Assembly: GCA_037447605.1 (NCBI GenBank)
Contig: CM074816.1
Location: 573,873-637,872, forward strand
DNA from: Zygnema circumcarinatum SAG 698-1b
Taxonomy: Eukaryota; Plantae; Zygnematophyceae
Reading direction: 5' to 3'
Length of the DNA: 64,000 nt
Part shown: positions 11,808 to 24,911 of the stretch, piece by piece
How the letters are laid out: each line of letters begins with the position of its first letter
How positions within the stretch are numbered: position 1 is the stretch's first letter
The notes under the pieces: model-generated
Database searches by the model: none
What the model was told of the DNA's origin: nothing
The model's input: only the letters and a program-made list of their open reading frames with translations
Translations under genes and position numbers: made by a program

Positions 11808-14800
11808 ATGGAACAGGAACAAGTTGCGACAGTCAAAGCAAGGACTAAAAGAAATTCTTCAGCAGATTGCGGGTACATAGAGGATAACGAGGCCCCAGTG
11901 GTAAAGAAGCATAGGGTTGAACCTTTGGACAGCTGGCTTCATGCTTTACATGCCGTGAATCCATTTCCAAACATTCAAGTTGCTAATCCAGTTCCAGTTG
12001 ATAATGCTAAGTTGCATACCAAGGATGCTTCAATAAGTTCTGATGTGGAAGGAAACAGATGCACACCAATGAATTCTGCGTCAGAGGTACAATTCAGAAC
12101 TTTTGTGGTACGCAACTGGCCCTTTAAAAAGGAAGGATTAGTGACACCAGTGTTCAGAATCGTCGATTTTCCTAAATCACAGGAGAGAGTATCCTTAGAA
12201 TTCTCAGCAGAGCAAACCGGCTCCATTCTGACGAAGCAATGTTTTGTCGAAGAGAAGCCCTTCTTAGTTCCTCACTTAGACCTCGGTGCTGGAGACATGC
12301 CCTTGTCAGAATTCAACGAGGTGCGAGGGAATTCAGTGAGACTGGCGGAGAGAAAATTAATGTCACCAGTGTTCAGAATCATCGATTTTCCAAATCCACA
12401 AGAGAAAGTATCCTTTGAAGCCCCAGCAGAGGAAACTGGCGCCAATCCGAAGGAGCAATTCTTTACCAATGAGGATTCCCTTTCAGTTCTTAACAAAGAC
12501 TTCGATGCCGGAAGCATGCCCTTGTCCAAGGAGTTGCAAGAGAGTTCGAAGAGCTTGACGTTAATGGTAGGTCAAGCTACAACGTCTTCACCTGAGGAGC
12601 ACGGTCAGTGTAATACAACCATTGATGCACCATCGCCTGACCCCATGGATGCGAGAAAATTGACGCTGGAGGAAACACAGGTATTGACTGAGCAGAAGGG
12701 TAATAGAGATTTTGAAAAGTCTCTAATCAAGGAAGAGCAAGCTGTGAGGTCGCATTGGAACTCTGTGCAATGTGCGTCAGAACAGCGGCCTTCCAACTCC
12801 CTTGTCATTTCGCAAGTCAATCCAGATGGCAGTATTCCCTCAAAGAACAAGGTCAAGAACAATTCTTCCTCAGTTTCTGAAGAAATGCAATTGGTAGTGT
12901 TTTCGCCAAATTGTGGTAGAGAAACGCAAGAAACAACAGGGAAGGAGAAACTGCAAGATGATGATCCACTCGAGCCTTATGCAGCTGAGGAACTACGCAA
13001 GATAAGCCAAAAAGCTTCTTTGGAACATACTGATCGAGATGGCGGTCAGCAGGTCGACTCAGATATGAGGAGGACGAGGACGAGGATGCTGAAAAAGAAA
13101 GCGCGTTGTACAGCAAGCGCAGACATAGATGCGTCCTTGCTGAATGCGATTGTACCTTTTGAAGGCCAAGTAGGTTACGCCTTGGCTGAAATGGTCGATA
13201 TGAACAATATTGAGGCAATGGGTGCCGAAAACTTTGATGAGGAGGAATTGAAAGCGATTGTTGCTGTACAACGCGCTTTAAGAGAGTATGCAGCTCTACG
13301 GAGGCACATAATGCAGGAAGAAGGAGGCGTTGGTGCGAGCAGATCGTACTTGGAAGCAGCAAGCTTGATGCGGAGGAATATGCGAACTGTAAATAATGAT
13401 GCGAGCGGAAATCCACTGATTATCATCGGCAAAGTTCCAGGTACTCGAACTTGGCTGATCTCGTTCTCAAAGTTCGTGAGTTTTTGAGAGGTGTGGTGAT
13501 GCTTTCTATGTGCACACAGTTGTCCGCACAGAGTTGCTATTAAGGCCAGGTAGCTCTTGTGTAATTGCGATCAGTAGGGGGGTTAATCAACCCCTTAGCA
13601 ACAATTGCAGTTTCGTCCTTTTAGCCTTTCGTCCTTGCTCATTCAAATACATAGAGAGAGTCTTCTGTTTGTACAAGGTTTTGCTTTTAGCATTCTTGTG
13701 CCTTAGGCTTTGTGAGCGATTGGATCATTCGCCTTTAATGGGCCTTTGTGGGACTATCCTATTCTTTTCTATCTTTTAGTTTTCGTCATCTTGAATATTT
13801 GGTGGCGTTGACAGGTGTGCCTGTTGGCCAGCAGTTCTATTATCGGCAAGAGCTTTTGATAGTTGGCCTTCATCGACTGTTGCAGGCGGGAATCGACTAT
13901 ATTTCACCAAGCAAGAATAAGTATAAAAAGACCATTTCTACTGCTGTGATTGCATCAGGAGGGTATGAAGATGATCTCGACCAAGGAGAGTGGTTTGATT
14001 ACACCGGGCAAGGGGGAAACAATTACAATGGTGATAAAAAACAAAGTTGCGATCAAGAGCTAAAGCGGGGTAATCTAGGTTTGAAAAATAGTTGTGACTT
14101 AGGATTACCAGTAAGAGTGATTCGAGGAAATAAAGAGCCTAATTCTGATTCAGGAACTGTGTACACTTATGACGGGTTGTACAAAGTGGAGTCTTGGCGT
14201 GAAACCGTAGGTGGCTCTGGGCATAAAGTGTACAAGTTTCGTCTAGTGAGATTGCAGGGGCAACCCCCTCTCAGCTCCCCGACAGTGGAGTTTGTGCGCA
14301 CATCATTGAAGAGCAACTTGAAGAGTTCAGAGCGAAGAGGTGTTGTCGTGGAAGATATTTCAAACGGTTTAGAAAAAATCCCAATTTGCTGTGTTAACAC
14401 AGTTGATAATCCTCCTGTGCCACCGCCGCGATTCACGTACATCAATAAAGTCAATTATTCAGACTCGGTCGAGCTTCAACCTCATGAGGAGGGATGCAGT
14501 TGTAGGGATGATTGTGCATCAATTGTAAAATGCACCTGTGCAAGTGGAAATTCCCAAAGTTTCCCTTACACAAAGAGTGGACAGCTGGTTGAAGTGCTGC
14601 CAGCAATTTTTGAGTGTGGAACTATGTGTCGGTGTAAAAGCAACAAACAAGCTTGTCCAAATCGAGTCACACAGAATGGCATTCGGTATCGATTGGAGGT
14701 TTTCAAGACCAACTCTAAAGGGTGGGCTGTGCGTTCTTGGGATGCAATTCCTTCAGGTGAGTTAAGCTTTAGATGAGGTTTAGAACAAGCTTTAGATAAA

Positions 14801-15454
14801 CTAAACTTCGGTATGTTGTGAGCAATACGAACAAAAGTGAGGAGGATTGAAGCTGAATCTGCTGCAACTCAACATTACGATTGAGTTAATTTATGGATTC
14901 AGCAGTGTTGGGTTTTGCTCCTCATCTGCAGCTCTTTTTGGTGACATGTGTTCTTTGTTTCCCCATTCCGCCCACCCATCATTGTGACAGGTGCCTTCAT
15001 CTGTGAATATGTTGGCAAACTATACGATGATGAAGATGCTGAAGAAAGCTTGAAGGGGAGAGATGAATACCTCTTCAATCTTGACCTTGTTAGAGGCAAC
15101 CGAGATCGGTGGGGAGACGTGTCTGAGCTCTATGGGATGGCAAACGTTAACAGCACTGCGTTGCAAGACCTTGAGGAAGCCAAGTTCTGTTTGGATGCCA
15201 AAGATACTGGTAATGTTGCAAGGTTCATGAACCACAGCTGTCAGCCTAATATTGTGGTGCAGTGCGTTTTTCATGACCATCATGATATGCGACTGCCACA
15301 TATCGCGTTCTTTGCAGCAGAGAATATTGCGCCTTTGAGGGAACTAACTTATGATTACAACTATACAATCGGGTCTGTGTTCGATTCTGAGGGGAATGTC
15401 AACCATTTGGCATGTCGGTGTGGGGCGATCAAGTGCCGAAGATGGATGTACTAA
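11808..15454 (+). CDS. SUVH: SUVH-family histone H3K9 methyltransferase (SRA/YDG, pre-SET, SET, post-SET)
   Basis: Exons 11808-13440, 13815-14756, 14991-15454. SRA motifs GLHRLLQAGIDYI, SGGYEDDLD, YTGQGG, YTYDGLY; Cys-rich pre-SET; SET motifs GWAVRSWD, RFMNHSCQPN, ELTYDYNY; post-SET CRCGAIKCR. Subclade (SUVH4/5/6-like) not resolved. Confidence 0.95.
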
Positions 15455-15715
15455 GAGAGAGAGGGAGAGAGAGAGAGAGAAAGAAAAAGAGAGAGAGAGA
15501 GAGGAAGGAGGGAGGGAGGGAGAGAGGGAAGGAGGGAGGGAGGGAGTGAGGAAGGGAGGGAAGGAGGGAGGAAGGGAGGGAGGGAGGGAGGGAGGGAGGG
15601 AGGGAGGNNNNNNNNNNGGAAGGGGGGGAGGGGGGAAGTGAGGAAGTGGGGAAGGGGAAGTGGGGAAGTGGGGAAGTGGGGAAGTGGGGAAGTGGGGGAG
15701 AGGGGGAGAGGGAGG
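15455..15715 (+). repeat. Compound (GA)n/(GGGA)n/(GGGGAAGT)n simple repeat immediately after the SUVH stop, containing a 10-N assembly gap (15608-15617)
   Basis: Read directly from the sequence. Confidence 0.95.
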
Positions 15716-16427
15716 CAAAAAAAACTCCACTTCCCCTTATCTTTAAGGTCAGGCAGCAATCGCAGCTCAGTTGGAATAAGCGATGTATAGCTTTTTTTTA
15801 CGAATAACCTTTAACATTTTGAACAGTGTTGCTAGTGAGAATAGCAACATGAATAGCATTGCAGACTAGTACGTAGCAGCAAACGATTTTCTTTTTGATG
15901 ACGAGACTTCGTGACCTGTTGAACTTATTGTTGGGAATGAACCATAGTTGGAGACATTGAAGAATAAGTAGTAGGGGTTGAAGGTGCTGGCCTACTTTAG
16001 CTGGGTGGTTGGCATTTGATCGTTTGCTTGGCAGTGACTGGTTTGCTGGCCATATTTTTCTCGTTTCCCATCTCTCACTTGTCGCACATCTCACTCCATC
16101 GTCTACAAGAGGCGCTACAGAAAACTATTGGAAATAGTGCTTCTAGGGCTGCGTTGTTGTGCCTAGGCGTAGTTTTCCGCTCCTAGCTTCGTTTTATTGT
16201 GTTTCGGTCCTTTGTGACCAGTCCTTCGTGGTTCCACATTTTGCCTTTATCCATGTAAATTTGATGGCCTCGCCATCGCGAGTTCAATGAAAGTTTGCGT
16301 TAGTGTTGGAAATATTATTAGAAAGGATAAGGTGGTGTGGAGGCGTGGGGGAGGGGCCGAGGAAGGGTAGCGCAAGGACAGCACGAGGCCGGGACGGACC
16401 TGTTCCATGTACACGACCGAAACCGCA

Positions 16428-16515
16428 GAACTGTGAACTATGAACTTTACTGCGAACTGTGGACACTGTGAACTTTGAACTGTGAACTGTGAACTGCGAA
16501 CCGTGAACTTTGAGC
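16428..16515 (+). repeat. Degenerate 7-bp tandem repeat (GAACTGT/GAACTTT)
   Basis: gaactgt gaactat gaacttt ... gaacttt gaactgt gaactgt gaactgc gaaccgt gaacttt. Confidence 0.85.
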
Positions 16516-18269
16516 TGAAGTGTCGAAATGTGCATGTTCCATGCAGAAACGCTAAACAGTTCAATAGAAAGGAACCCAGCGTTGTCCATCACAGCGGTCT
16601 TGACATTCACGTAGAACTGTTTGCAGCACCTGAAGCCGTAAACGTCAGGCGCCGTAAACGACAAATCTCTCATAGTCTCATAGAACAGTCGTGGCTGAAC
16701 CGCGCCACGTGGCATGACGGGAATGGTTCTTTTGACGACGTTTCATGGCGATCTGCAGATCCGATCCGATCGCATCCCCAGATCCTTTCGTCGCCCGTCA
16801 CGTACGGTCGTCTTTTTTGGGTCAGAAAATGTGCACTTTTTACTAAAAACGACAAAACAACAGCCCAGTGAAATTCCACTTGCCTGCCCGACAATCCCTC
16901 AAAACAGGGAGAAGACGCCACGTTGGCAGGTTGCTTGTACGAATTACAGCTTGCAGTCCTCCGCGGGCGGCAGGACTGCTGTGCGCGGATCTTCCCTGAG
17001 AGCAGCCCTGTGGGTCGTCCGTACATGTCGTTGTCCGTTATGGGATCGATATTAGAACGCAGTGTCGTGTAGTGGAATTTCCAATAGAAAATGCTAAAAG
17101 TCAGGCCGTTTTATAAAACACTTTTCGAAGCGCCCGACTGTACGATTGTACGGCATCCTCTGAACGTCCAGCGCCAATTCGCCGACCGTACGATTGATAT
17201 GTTCCGTTCAATTTCAACGGTCGTACGGCAGTTCTAAAAGTTTTTAAAAACTCTGAAACTTTTAGTTGTTAGAACGTTCTAATTCTGAAATCTAAAGCTC
17301 TAAAAGTCCCTGGTACGGACTCTTTGCCATCCCTAGTGGGCGCGTCGTGTTGATCCGCGGCAAAGTGATGGATCCGGACACGTGGGTGGATCCCTTGCGA
17401 GGCCGGCCGCGGGCGCGCGCCGCGGGCCCGGTCCAGGCGCCTGTCAGAGCCGATCGTCGCCCGATTTTCAGGCCCAGAAACGTCACCTGACCGTACGGCG
17501 TGCTGTCGCCTGGCGGGCGCCCAGCTCTCGCGCAGATGGAAAAAACATTCTTAGGGACCCACGGCTGCCCGAAAATACTCTTTCAATCCAAAATTGCGTG
17601 AAAGAGGCCGTGGATGTAGATACGAATGTAATTAAATGTATGAAATGTTGATTGAGAAAAATGTCGGCGGAGATTCGCCCTTGAGGCTGCCGAAAGTACC
17701 GAAGGGAAACGACAAGGAGCGCAGTCAAAGGGCCGCACTGGATCTCCTCGAGTTAACCTTCCCGTCCCAGGACGGCTCGCACGTGTGAGACCAGCAAGAG
17801 ACGCTTCAGCCACGTTTAACTGATCAACTTTTTACGGCTGGGTCCACCACTTTCTCTTGCACAGAAGCTGGACCTGATACCCAGCACGTGCCGGTTGATC
17901 TGCTCAACGTGCAAGGTGGAACCCGATTCTACCACGTGCTGCGCCTGTGCAGGGACCGTCAGGAGCTCCCTTCCAAGGGCTACCTCTCTGCCTCTCCCTC
18001 TGCATGACCGACCGACCATCCATGGCGCCCGCTGCCCTCCTGCAGCCGAAGCAGTAGCGCCAACTTCCTCGCATTCCAACACTTCAGTAGCCGTATATGA
18101 AGTTTCTTGGCTATGTTTTGGCTGTTTTTGGTTTAAAAATTAGCATCTCAAGGGTTTCGCGGAATAGTAGTTGAGGCAAGCAGGTTTTAGGGTTTGCAGG
18201 AGCATGAGAGTGGCTCCTGTTTGAGAGCTTCCTTGCGAGAACGTTTCGCTTGCGTCAGCCCAATACAGG

Positions 18270-21200
18270 ATGACGCCCACGGAGGAAGGGGCCAGAGTGG
18301 TAGTCGCTGTGAACAATGGCGCCGCTTGCAAGGACGCTGTTCGATGGGCGTTAGCTAACAAAATAAAGAGTCCTGAAGATGCCCTTATTTTCCTGCATGT
18401 CGTTACCAGGATTCCCAGCCCAAGTAAGAATCTTATCGTCTTAGTTTAAGCATGACGCTCCCTGCACGTCGCTGAGGTGGTTGGTAGAGGCTGCCTCAGA
18501 ATAGGAGGAATTTCGGAGCATCTCTCTCCGCTTTTGCGATCGTCAATGTGAATAGCATACAAGAGGGCTCCTTTCGGGCAACTTTTCGTTTCCAAAATTA
18601 CAGTGCAGTGCATGGTAGAGGGGCGAGGGGCTGTCACATCATGAAACGCAAGACCCTTTTGAAGATTATTGACGTTTGCACTGTTTGAGCTCGTGTATCC
18701 TGTTCGATTAAGGGTTGGTTTGGATCCTCGCCGGATTGAATATGGATCAGTTCCCTCGCTCTCAAATAGCTGTGTTGTTCGACTCTGAGTGGTCGTCGTC
18801 CTGGATAGGGCAGTCGTTTCCTGGCCCTAGGATCATGCTACATAAGCGAGTACTTGGAGTTGTATTGTTTGCCTGCATCATCTTATGATCACGGTTGCTC
18901 TCACTATTGCAGTGGGGATGGAAATGTACCAAAGCGAAGTGAACAACACAATGTTTGTTCACTATGTGCGGAGAATCGTGCAGCCCATGATGCTTCAATT
19001 AAAGAAGTTGGTAGATCCTAAGGTATGTCATAACCATTCCTTTAGTTTTCCATCTGAATTGTAAATTGTTTGAAAAGAAATTGACTCGTTTATTCGAGGA
19101 AAACCAGACTTATCAGTTACTATCTTCGAGGTGACCATTTTTTTTTTTCCTGTATTGTTCAGAAGTTATGCAGAAGAAATGCAATAGTTTGAGCACTTTC
19201 TGGAACTTTCAGGGTGTTCCGTTTGATTATCGTTTGTTTCCTAGGTTTACGTCCGTTTGTAAGCATTCCCTGTTTTCGCAGGATTTACAGGATCTTGTAT
19301 ATGCACGTAATGCAGGCAATCTGCTGCTCATTCTCATCCGTGTTATAAGCTTTTGCCTCCTGCATTGGCCCTTCCCCTGCGTCAATGTGCAGATCAAGCT
19401 TGAACTTAAGGTTGGGAGGAACAATTCGAAAGAGAAGGGCATTCTGGAGGAATCGAGGAAATTGAGGGCAACTATACTTGTTCTGGGCTCAAACGCACGC
19501 AGCATGTTTGGCATGTACGTCTCTCCTCTTGTGAAAGCCTTGTTTATCTTGTTCTGTTTGGCATGCAAGCTGTATAGGACTTAAAGGAAGTGAAGGAGCA
19601 GAATTAAAATCTCATGGTTCTGTCTTTTATGTTTTTCTACAGGGGCTCGTCCAGGAGGGCCACTGTCACTACAGGCACCGGTGCATACTGTGTGCGAGTC
19701 AAACCAGCTCGGATTTCAGTGTTTGTCATCCAGAAAGACAAGGTTATCTTGTCAAAGGAGTCTGACGGAACGTCTCCACTTTCCTCTACTGCCAGCAGTC
19801 CATCCAGTTCTGGTCGGTTAGGTATTATCAACCAAGGAGCACGAGACATGAGCATAGACAGTTCTGGACAGCTCAGCCCAAAAGCGAGCGATACCGACAA
19901 ACAGTTGTCACGTACAAGCAGTCACAGTTCGGTTGGATCAGGTGCTTCCTCTTAACCTTCTGCAGTATGCAATTCGAGTGGTGTTTATCTTTTGGACGCC
20001 TCTGTTAAGTACAGTTATCATGAATGCTGAGGACTTTTGGATATCCCATAATTTTCATGTCGCAGTGTCCTGGCTGGAATTCCGTCCCTTTTATATGATT
20101 CCATTCTGCAATTTTCTGGAATTCTGTCATCAAACAAACAAACAAGTAAATCCAGTCTATTGAATGTTCCTCAACACAGCTAAACCTTTTGCAGGTTGTC
20201 CAGCGTCGGATTTTAGAGGCGAAGAATGGAAAAGTGGGAAAAGGCAATGCAGTGGAGATTTCAAGTTCTGGCTACACCAATTCTTAGAACTTATATTGTT
20301 ATAAAACTGAATGTTATACTGTTAACACTGACTCCGATTAATAGTAATGCCCTCCATCATCTGCAGAAGTGTTTGTCGCTGCAATTTCAGACATATCATA
20401 CATTCGGCTACTCTGATGAATTTGCAGGTGAAATTACAGAGGAAGATTCAACAGATGGAAGACGAGCGAGGCTGACGCAGAGCGGTACTCTTCCTGGCTC
20501 AGAGTCTTTTCCAGAAGAAAGCACAATTTCTAGGGGACCTCCGTCGACATTTCCCGTTGCGGGTGCAGTTTCCTCAGGAGTGGACGTCACAATGTCTCCC
20601 ATAACACCACCCATTGGAGCAGGAGCCCGAGCTCTCTCTGCCAGCAACAGACTATTGGGGTTGCGTGCTGGGAAGTATGGCACATGGAGCGGTTCTAAAG
20701 CACTTGCGGATACATCAGATGCAAGCTTGCCTACTGCGGGCGTCTCTGGAATTCCACCTTTGGCACCTGAGAGAAGTGTGGGAAGTGGTGGGTTACCTTC
20801 GGATGACTCAGGATCAGGGCACATGTATGCTCTTCGCCCGGAGACTTCCATGGATGGTGGGGAGGTGAACAGAACCTCTTCGGCAAGTTCATTATCATCA
20901 GAAAACTTGTCAGGCGACATTAGAATGAAAACACAAGAGGACTACGTTGCGGATTTAGATGCATGGTCACAATCACAAAGAGAGGCACTAGAGAAGCAGC
21001 AACAGGCGTACATGAAGGATCTGGAGGGGCGGCTCATGAAAGCTAGGGCTGCGCTTGTGTCATTTCCAATGGCCACCTCAAATAGCTCGACAGAGGCAAT
21101 GATAACATCGGCAGGTGAAAAATTAACTACTGCAGCCAGCAAAGTCGTGGAAGGAGTACGTATAGAGGGCATGGATATATCAAATGCTGACCTACATCAT

Positions 21201-24200
21201 AGCAGCACCAACATCGAGGTGAGTGCTCTGTGGAAATAGTGACGGTGGGTTTGCATGTCGTGGAACTTCTAGGAGGGGTAAGTCATTTATGCAGCGTAGA
21301 CATTGAAGAATGACCGAAGACTGAAAATGGCAGGAACATTTCTCTTCTATCCTTAAGAGTCGGATTGGGAAGCCTTCATCACTGTAGGTATTCACCAAAG
21401 CTATTGGCATGAAGACTTTTCCCTTCTCTGGGTCTGTAACAGGGTATTATCGTTAGTGTATGAAAGTGAGCATCATGGGGGAACCCGTCACAGTAGGCTC
21501 AACCAAGTGAAGGGGCGAACCTCTGTTATGGATGGAGGTTAATTTACTTAGAAGATTGAGTGAACGATCCTGTTCTTGTAGCTTGTGGCCACTATAAAGT
21601 GTGGGCTCGTACTATAGGCTCTCGGCAGAGCGGCTACTCATTATGCACGGGATTTGTGATCAAGGACGTTTTTTTGATGATGAAGACATCACAAAGAGAA
21701 TTTAGGTGCTGTTCGTTAGAGCATTTTACTCCTTTCTAGTTCCGTGGCCTAAAGTCAGAATGCGAATGGGGAGTTCTATCTTGTCAACTGAATCCTTACC
21801 ATGTTGCTCGCTCTTAGTTCTTCCCTTGGTGATACGGCGAGTGCATCCATGTCCGTCGTACTTCAATGTTGCTCAGAACAGCATTCACAGATGCTTTCCG
21901 TGTTCTTAGTTAAGCTTCTTCGTGCTTGACTGTCCTGACATCAGATTCTTGCATCTTATTACAGAGTGACTTGCTCAAGGAATTGGCACTGATGCGGAGA
22001 AAAGCGGCAGACGCAGAACAGGCACGAATAGCGGCAGAAAAACGCGCAGAGCAACTCATGACCGCAGCGGACCTATCTTTGCGTGAGGTGGAGGAACAGT
22101 CTAAGAAGCGGGAACTGGAAAATGCAGTGTTGATTGAAAGGGCCACTTTAGAAGCAACTCGGGCTATGGCCTCTGCTGAAGAAGCCCGCAGAATAGCAGT
22201 TTTGGAGGCCCAGAAAACTGAGCAAGCTCTCACTCAAGCTGCTATTACACGGTCAGCTTTGGAGCATGAAGTACGGAAACGTGCAGAAGCGGAACAAAAG
22301 GCTGAAAAGGAGATGGAGGCTAGACGGCAACTGAAGCATTACAGGCAGTACAGCTGGGAGGAACTCACGGTAAGTGCCTTTCAGTGTTTTACTTGGGTGG
22401 GAGTGGGAGAGAGAGAGAGTGTGAGATGAGGAGAACAAGGGGGGATGTTCCTTTATTATTATCCTTTATTTTCCTGTTTCAGCAATGTTCCTTTATTATT
22501 ATTGTTGCCATTCTTTGGTGCCTACCGCCTTACACTTCCCACTGGTCATGTCTTATTCCTTTGGTTCTTAAGAATCAGTAGCTGAACCGGTGTGGATAAT
22601 ATAAGTTGGAACAAAGTCTCTCCCCTTGTTCTATATCGGAAACAGTGTGGATCATGTAATGGTCGAGTATTTGTTGTGCCCTTTATCCTCCGACAGCTTA
22701 TAGTGGCTGCTCTGCTTACCCATCAGACGTTGTTTTTATGCAGGCTGCAACTGATAGTTTTAGCCATGATAGGAAGCTTGGGGAAGGGGGCTTTGGCACC
22801 GTGTACGCGGGCACACTACATCATACCCCAGTTGCAGTGAAGGTTTTGAAAAACACAGATGCACTGCAAGCGGCAAGCGAGTTTCAACAAGAGGTGGGTG
22901 GCTGACCACTAGCACCACTTTGCAATGCTAAAAGTAATGATCTTAGCTTGCCAATGGAGGCACCTACCTTGTGATGTTGGAGTCGAACTGCTGATTGATT
23001 TGATCTCTATATGAGAATCATAGTATTCTGTTGCTCTATTCAACCAAGGAACTAGTGAGTTGCCGCTTCCGTTGTGTCTTTTTTTCTTTAGCGCGTATCC
23101 TTATTTGCACTGCTATGCCCCTTTGGACATTTAAACGTGGAATGCTGCCTGCCCCTAGAACAAGAAAGGGGTACGCTACGTTGCATATTACCGATTCCTT
23201 GAGTGTGAGGAGCTGTGTGATCCCCTTCGTTGATTGCAAACCATCATACATGTACTCCCTTTGATAAAGTTGCATAGGCTATGGAGTGACTTCGGACCAC
23301 TTTGTCAGTCCTTTAGACAGCGGCAACCCATTTTTTTGACAATTTTGTGCTTATGCTGTCCCATTGCAGGTTGAGGTGCTCGGACAGATTCAACATCCAC
23401 ATATGGTCATGTTGCTTGGATGCTGTCCTGATAAATACTGCCTTGTTTACGAATTCATGGCTAATGGGAGTCTGGAGGAGCGTCTTCTGTGTGCAAACAA
23501 CACACCTCCCCTTCCTTGGTACATGCGGTTGCGAATTGCCGCGGAAGTTGCTTCAGCTTTGCTCATTCTGCACACAAGGCCTGTTCCTATTGTGCACCGC
23601 GATCTTAAGCCGGCGAACATTCTGCTTGACAAGAATTTTGTAGCAAAGCTGGGGGATGTGGGCTTGGCTCGCTTGATGCCGGAATTAAGCGACAATCAAA
23701 CCTACATGCGTGAGTCTGTTCCTGTAGGAACATTTGCGTATGTAGACCCCGAGTTTCAGAGAACAGGGGAGTTTGGACCGAAGTCAGATGTGTATGCTCT
23801 GGGCATAGTGCTTTTAGATCTCCTCACAGGTAGGAAACCAAACGTGTATGAGCACTTAGAGGATGCTGTTGACAATGGGGACATGGAAAAGCTCGCCAGT
23901 TTTCTGGACGAGAAAGCGGGGGATTGGCCGGTGGAGGTGGCAATGGAAGTTGCTCAGATTGCAGTGAGATGTTCTGAGATGCGTCGGAAGAAGCGGCCTG
24001 ACCTAGAGCAGGATGTTATGCCGCCGCTGGAGAAAGTTCGTGATATTGCAGCGAAGGCAGAGGACGAGGAGATGAATGTGAGGCGAGGAAGGCCCTTATT
24101 AGGGGATGCTCCCAGCAGTCTGTTCTGCCCCATAACTCAGGTGAAAAGGCTCAGTCTGATTCCACCTTTGTTGATGTGGGACCATCCTCATCTGTGCGTG

Positions 24201-24911
24201 CGACGGCGATGGGACACTGCGATTCTGCTGCTTCCATTACCGCTGCCCGCTTGACTGGAGTCCAAATAACCAGAAGTGATGAACTGTTGAATAGAAAGTG
24301 GAGAGTGGAAGGACAATGAGGGACTGTGCATGTGATGCTTGCATTTGGAGTTGGGGAAAAAACAGAAGGACAAAGATTGTATGCCTTTCTATTACTCTCG
24401 TAGGTCGTCAGGGTCCAATTCTCTCTATTCCTCGCCAGCAGTTGAACCATAGCATCTCTCGGAATGCCTCAATATTGGTCGTTAAACAGACGCTTTTCGG
24501 CTTTAGTAGTCCTACAGAGCTTCTTTTCTGGCAGCAGTTTTTCACAGCACCGTTTAACCAGTCCGTGAGAACTCTCGCTTTAGTTTCCGTCTTGGTTTCA
24601 GACGCTTCCTCACTAAGCCCGCTGACAGTTACACTGACTAAACTTCTATTATGTATTGTCCTCTGCAGGAAATCATGGTCAATCCAGTCCTGGCTGCTGA
24701 CGGGCACACCTATGAGCTGATAGCCATTCAACAATGGCTGGAAAACAATGACAGGTCGCCTATGACCAACGTGACGCTGCCAAACAAGGATTTGGTACCA
24801 AATCATGCTGTCAAGTCTCTAATCCGTGAGTGGCAAGAACGGAATTCTCGAGCCCTTCATTCTCCGAGCTTGAGTTTCAGCTTGAGCATGAGCAAAGGTA
24901 GGTCCAAGTAA
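18270..24911 (+). CDS. USP-like N-terminal domain / coiled-coil / Ser-Thr kinase / U-box protein (PUB33/34/35/51/52-type, RLCK-IXb)
   Basis: Exons 18270-18423, 18913-19022, 19393-19514, 19643-19941, 20428-21218, 21965-22369, 22744-22893, 23370-24140, 24669-24911 with consistent phases. USP-like VVVAVN...AVRWAL...LIFLHV; kinase LGEGGFGTVY, VAVKVL, HRDLKPANILL, DVGLAR; U-box FCPITQEIMVNPVLAADGHTYE...PNHAVKSLIREW. Confidence 0.93.

Noticed and set aside
11615-11878. Antisense ORF with APVPAPAPAP
   Set aside because: Derived from a short (CAGGAG)n repeat in the SUVH leader region; no family features.
15344-15759. Pro/Ser- and Gly/Arg/Glu-rich ORFs after SUVH
   Set aside because: Simple repeats spanning an N gap, with no coding signature.
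17063-17074. TGTCGTGTAGTG resembling a CACTA element end
   Set aside because: I found no matching CACTACACGACA partner terminus or transposase in the window.
19500-19520. Possible GC-AG donor in U-box kinase exon 3
   Set aside because: A canonical GT donor at 19515 gives the correct phase for the next exon.
23580-23670. DVG instead of DFG in the U-box kinase
   Set aside because: DVGLAR is typical of this USP-kinase-U-box (RLCK-IXb) subfamily and not a sign of a pseudokinase; the VAVK lysine and HRD are intact.
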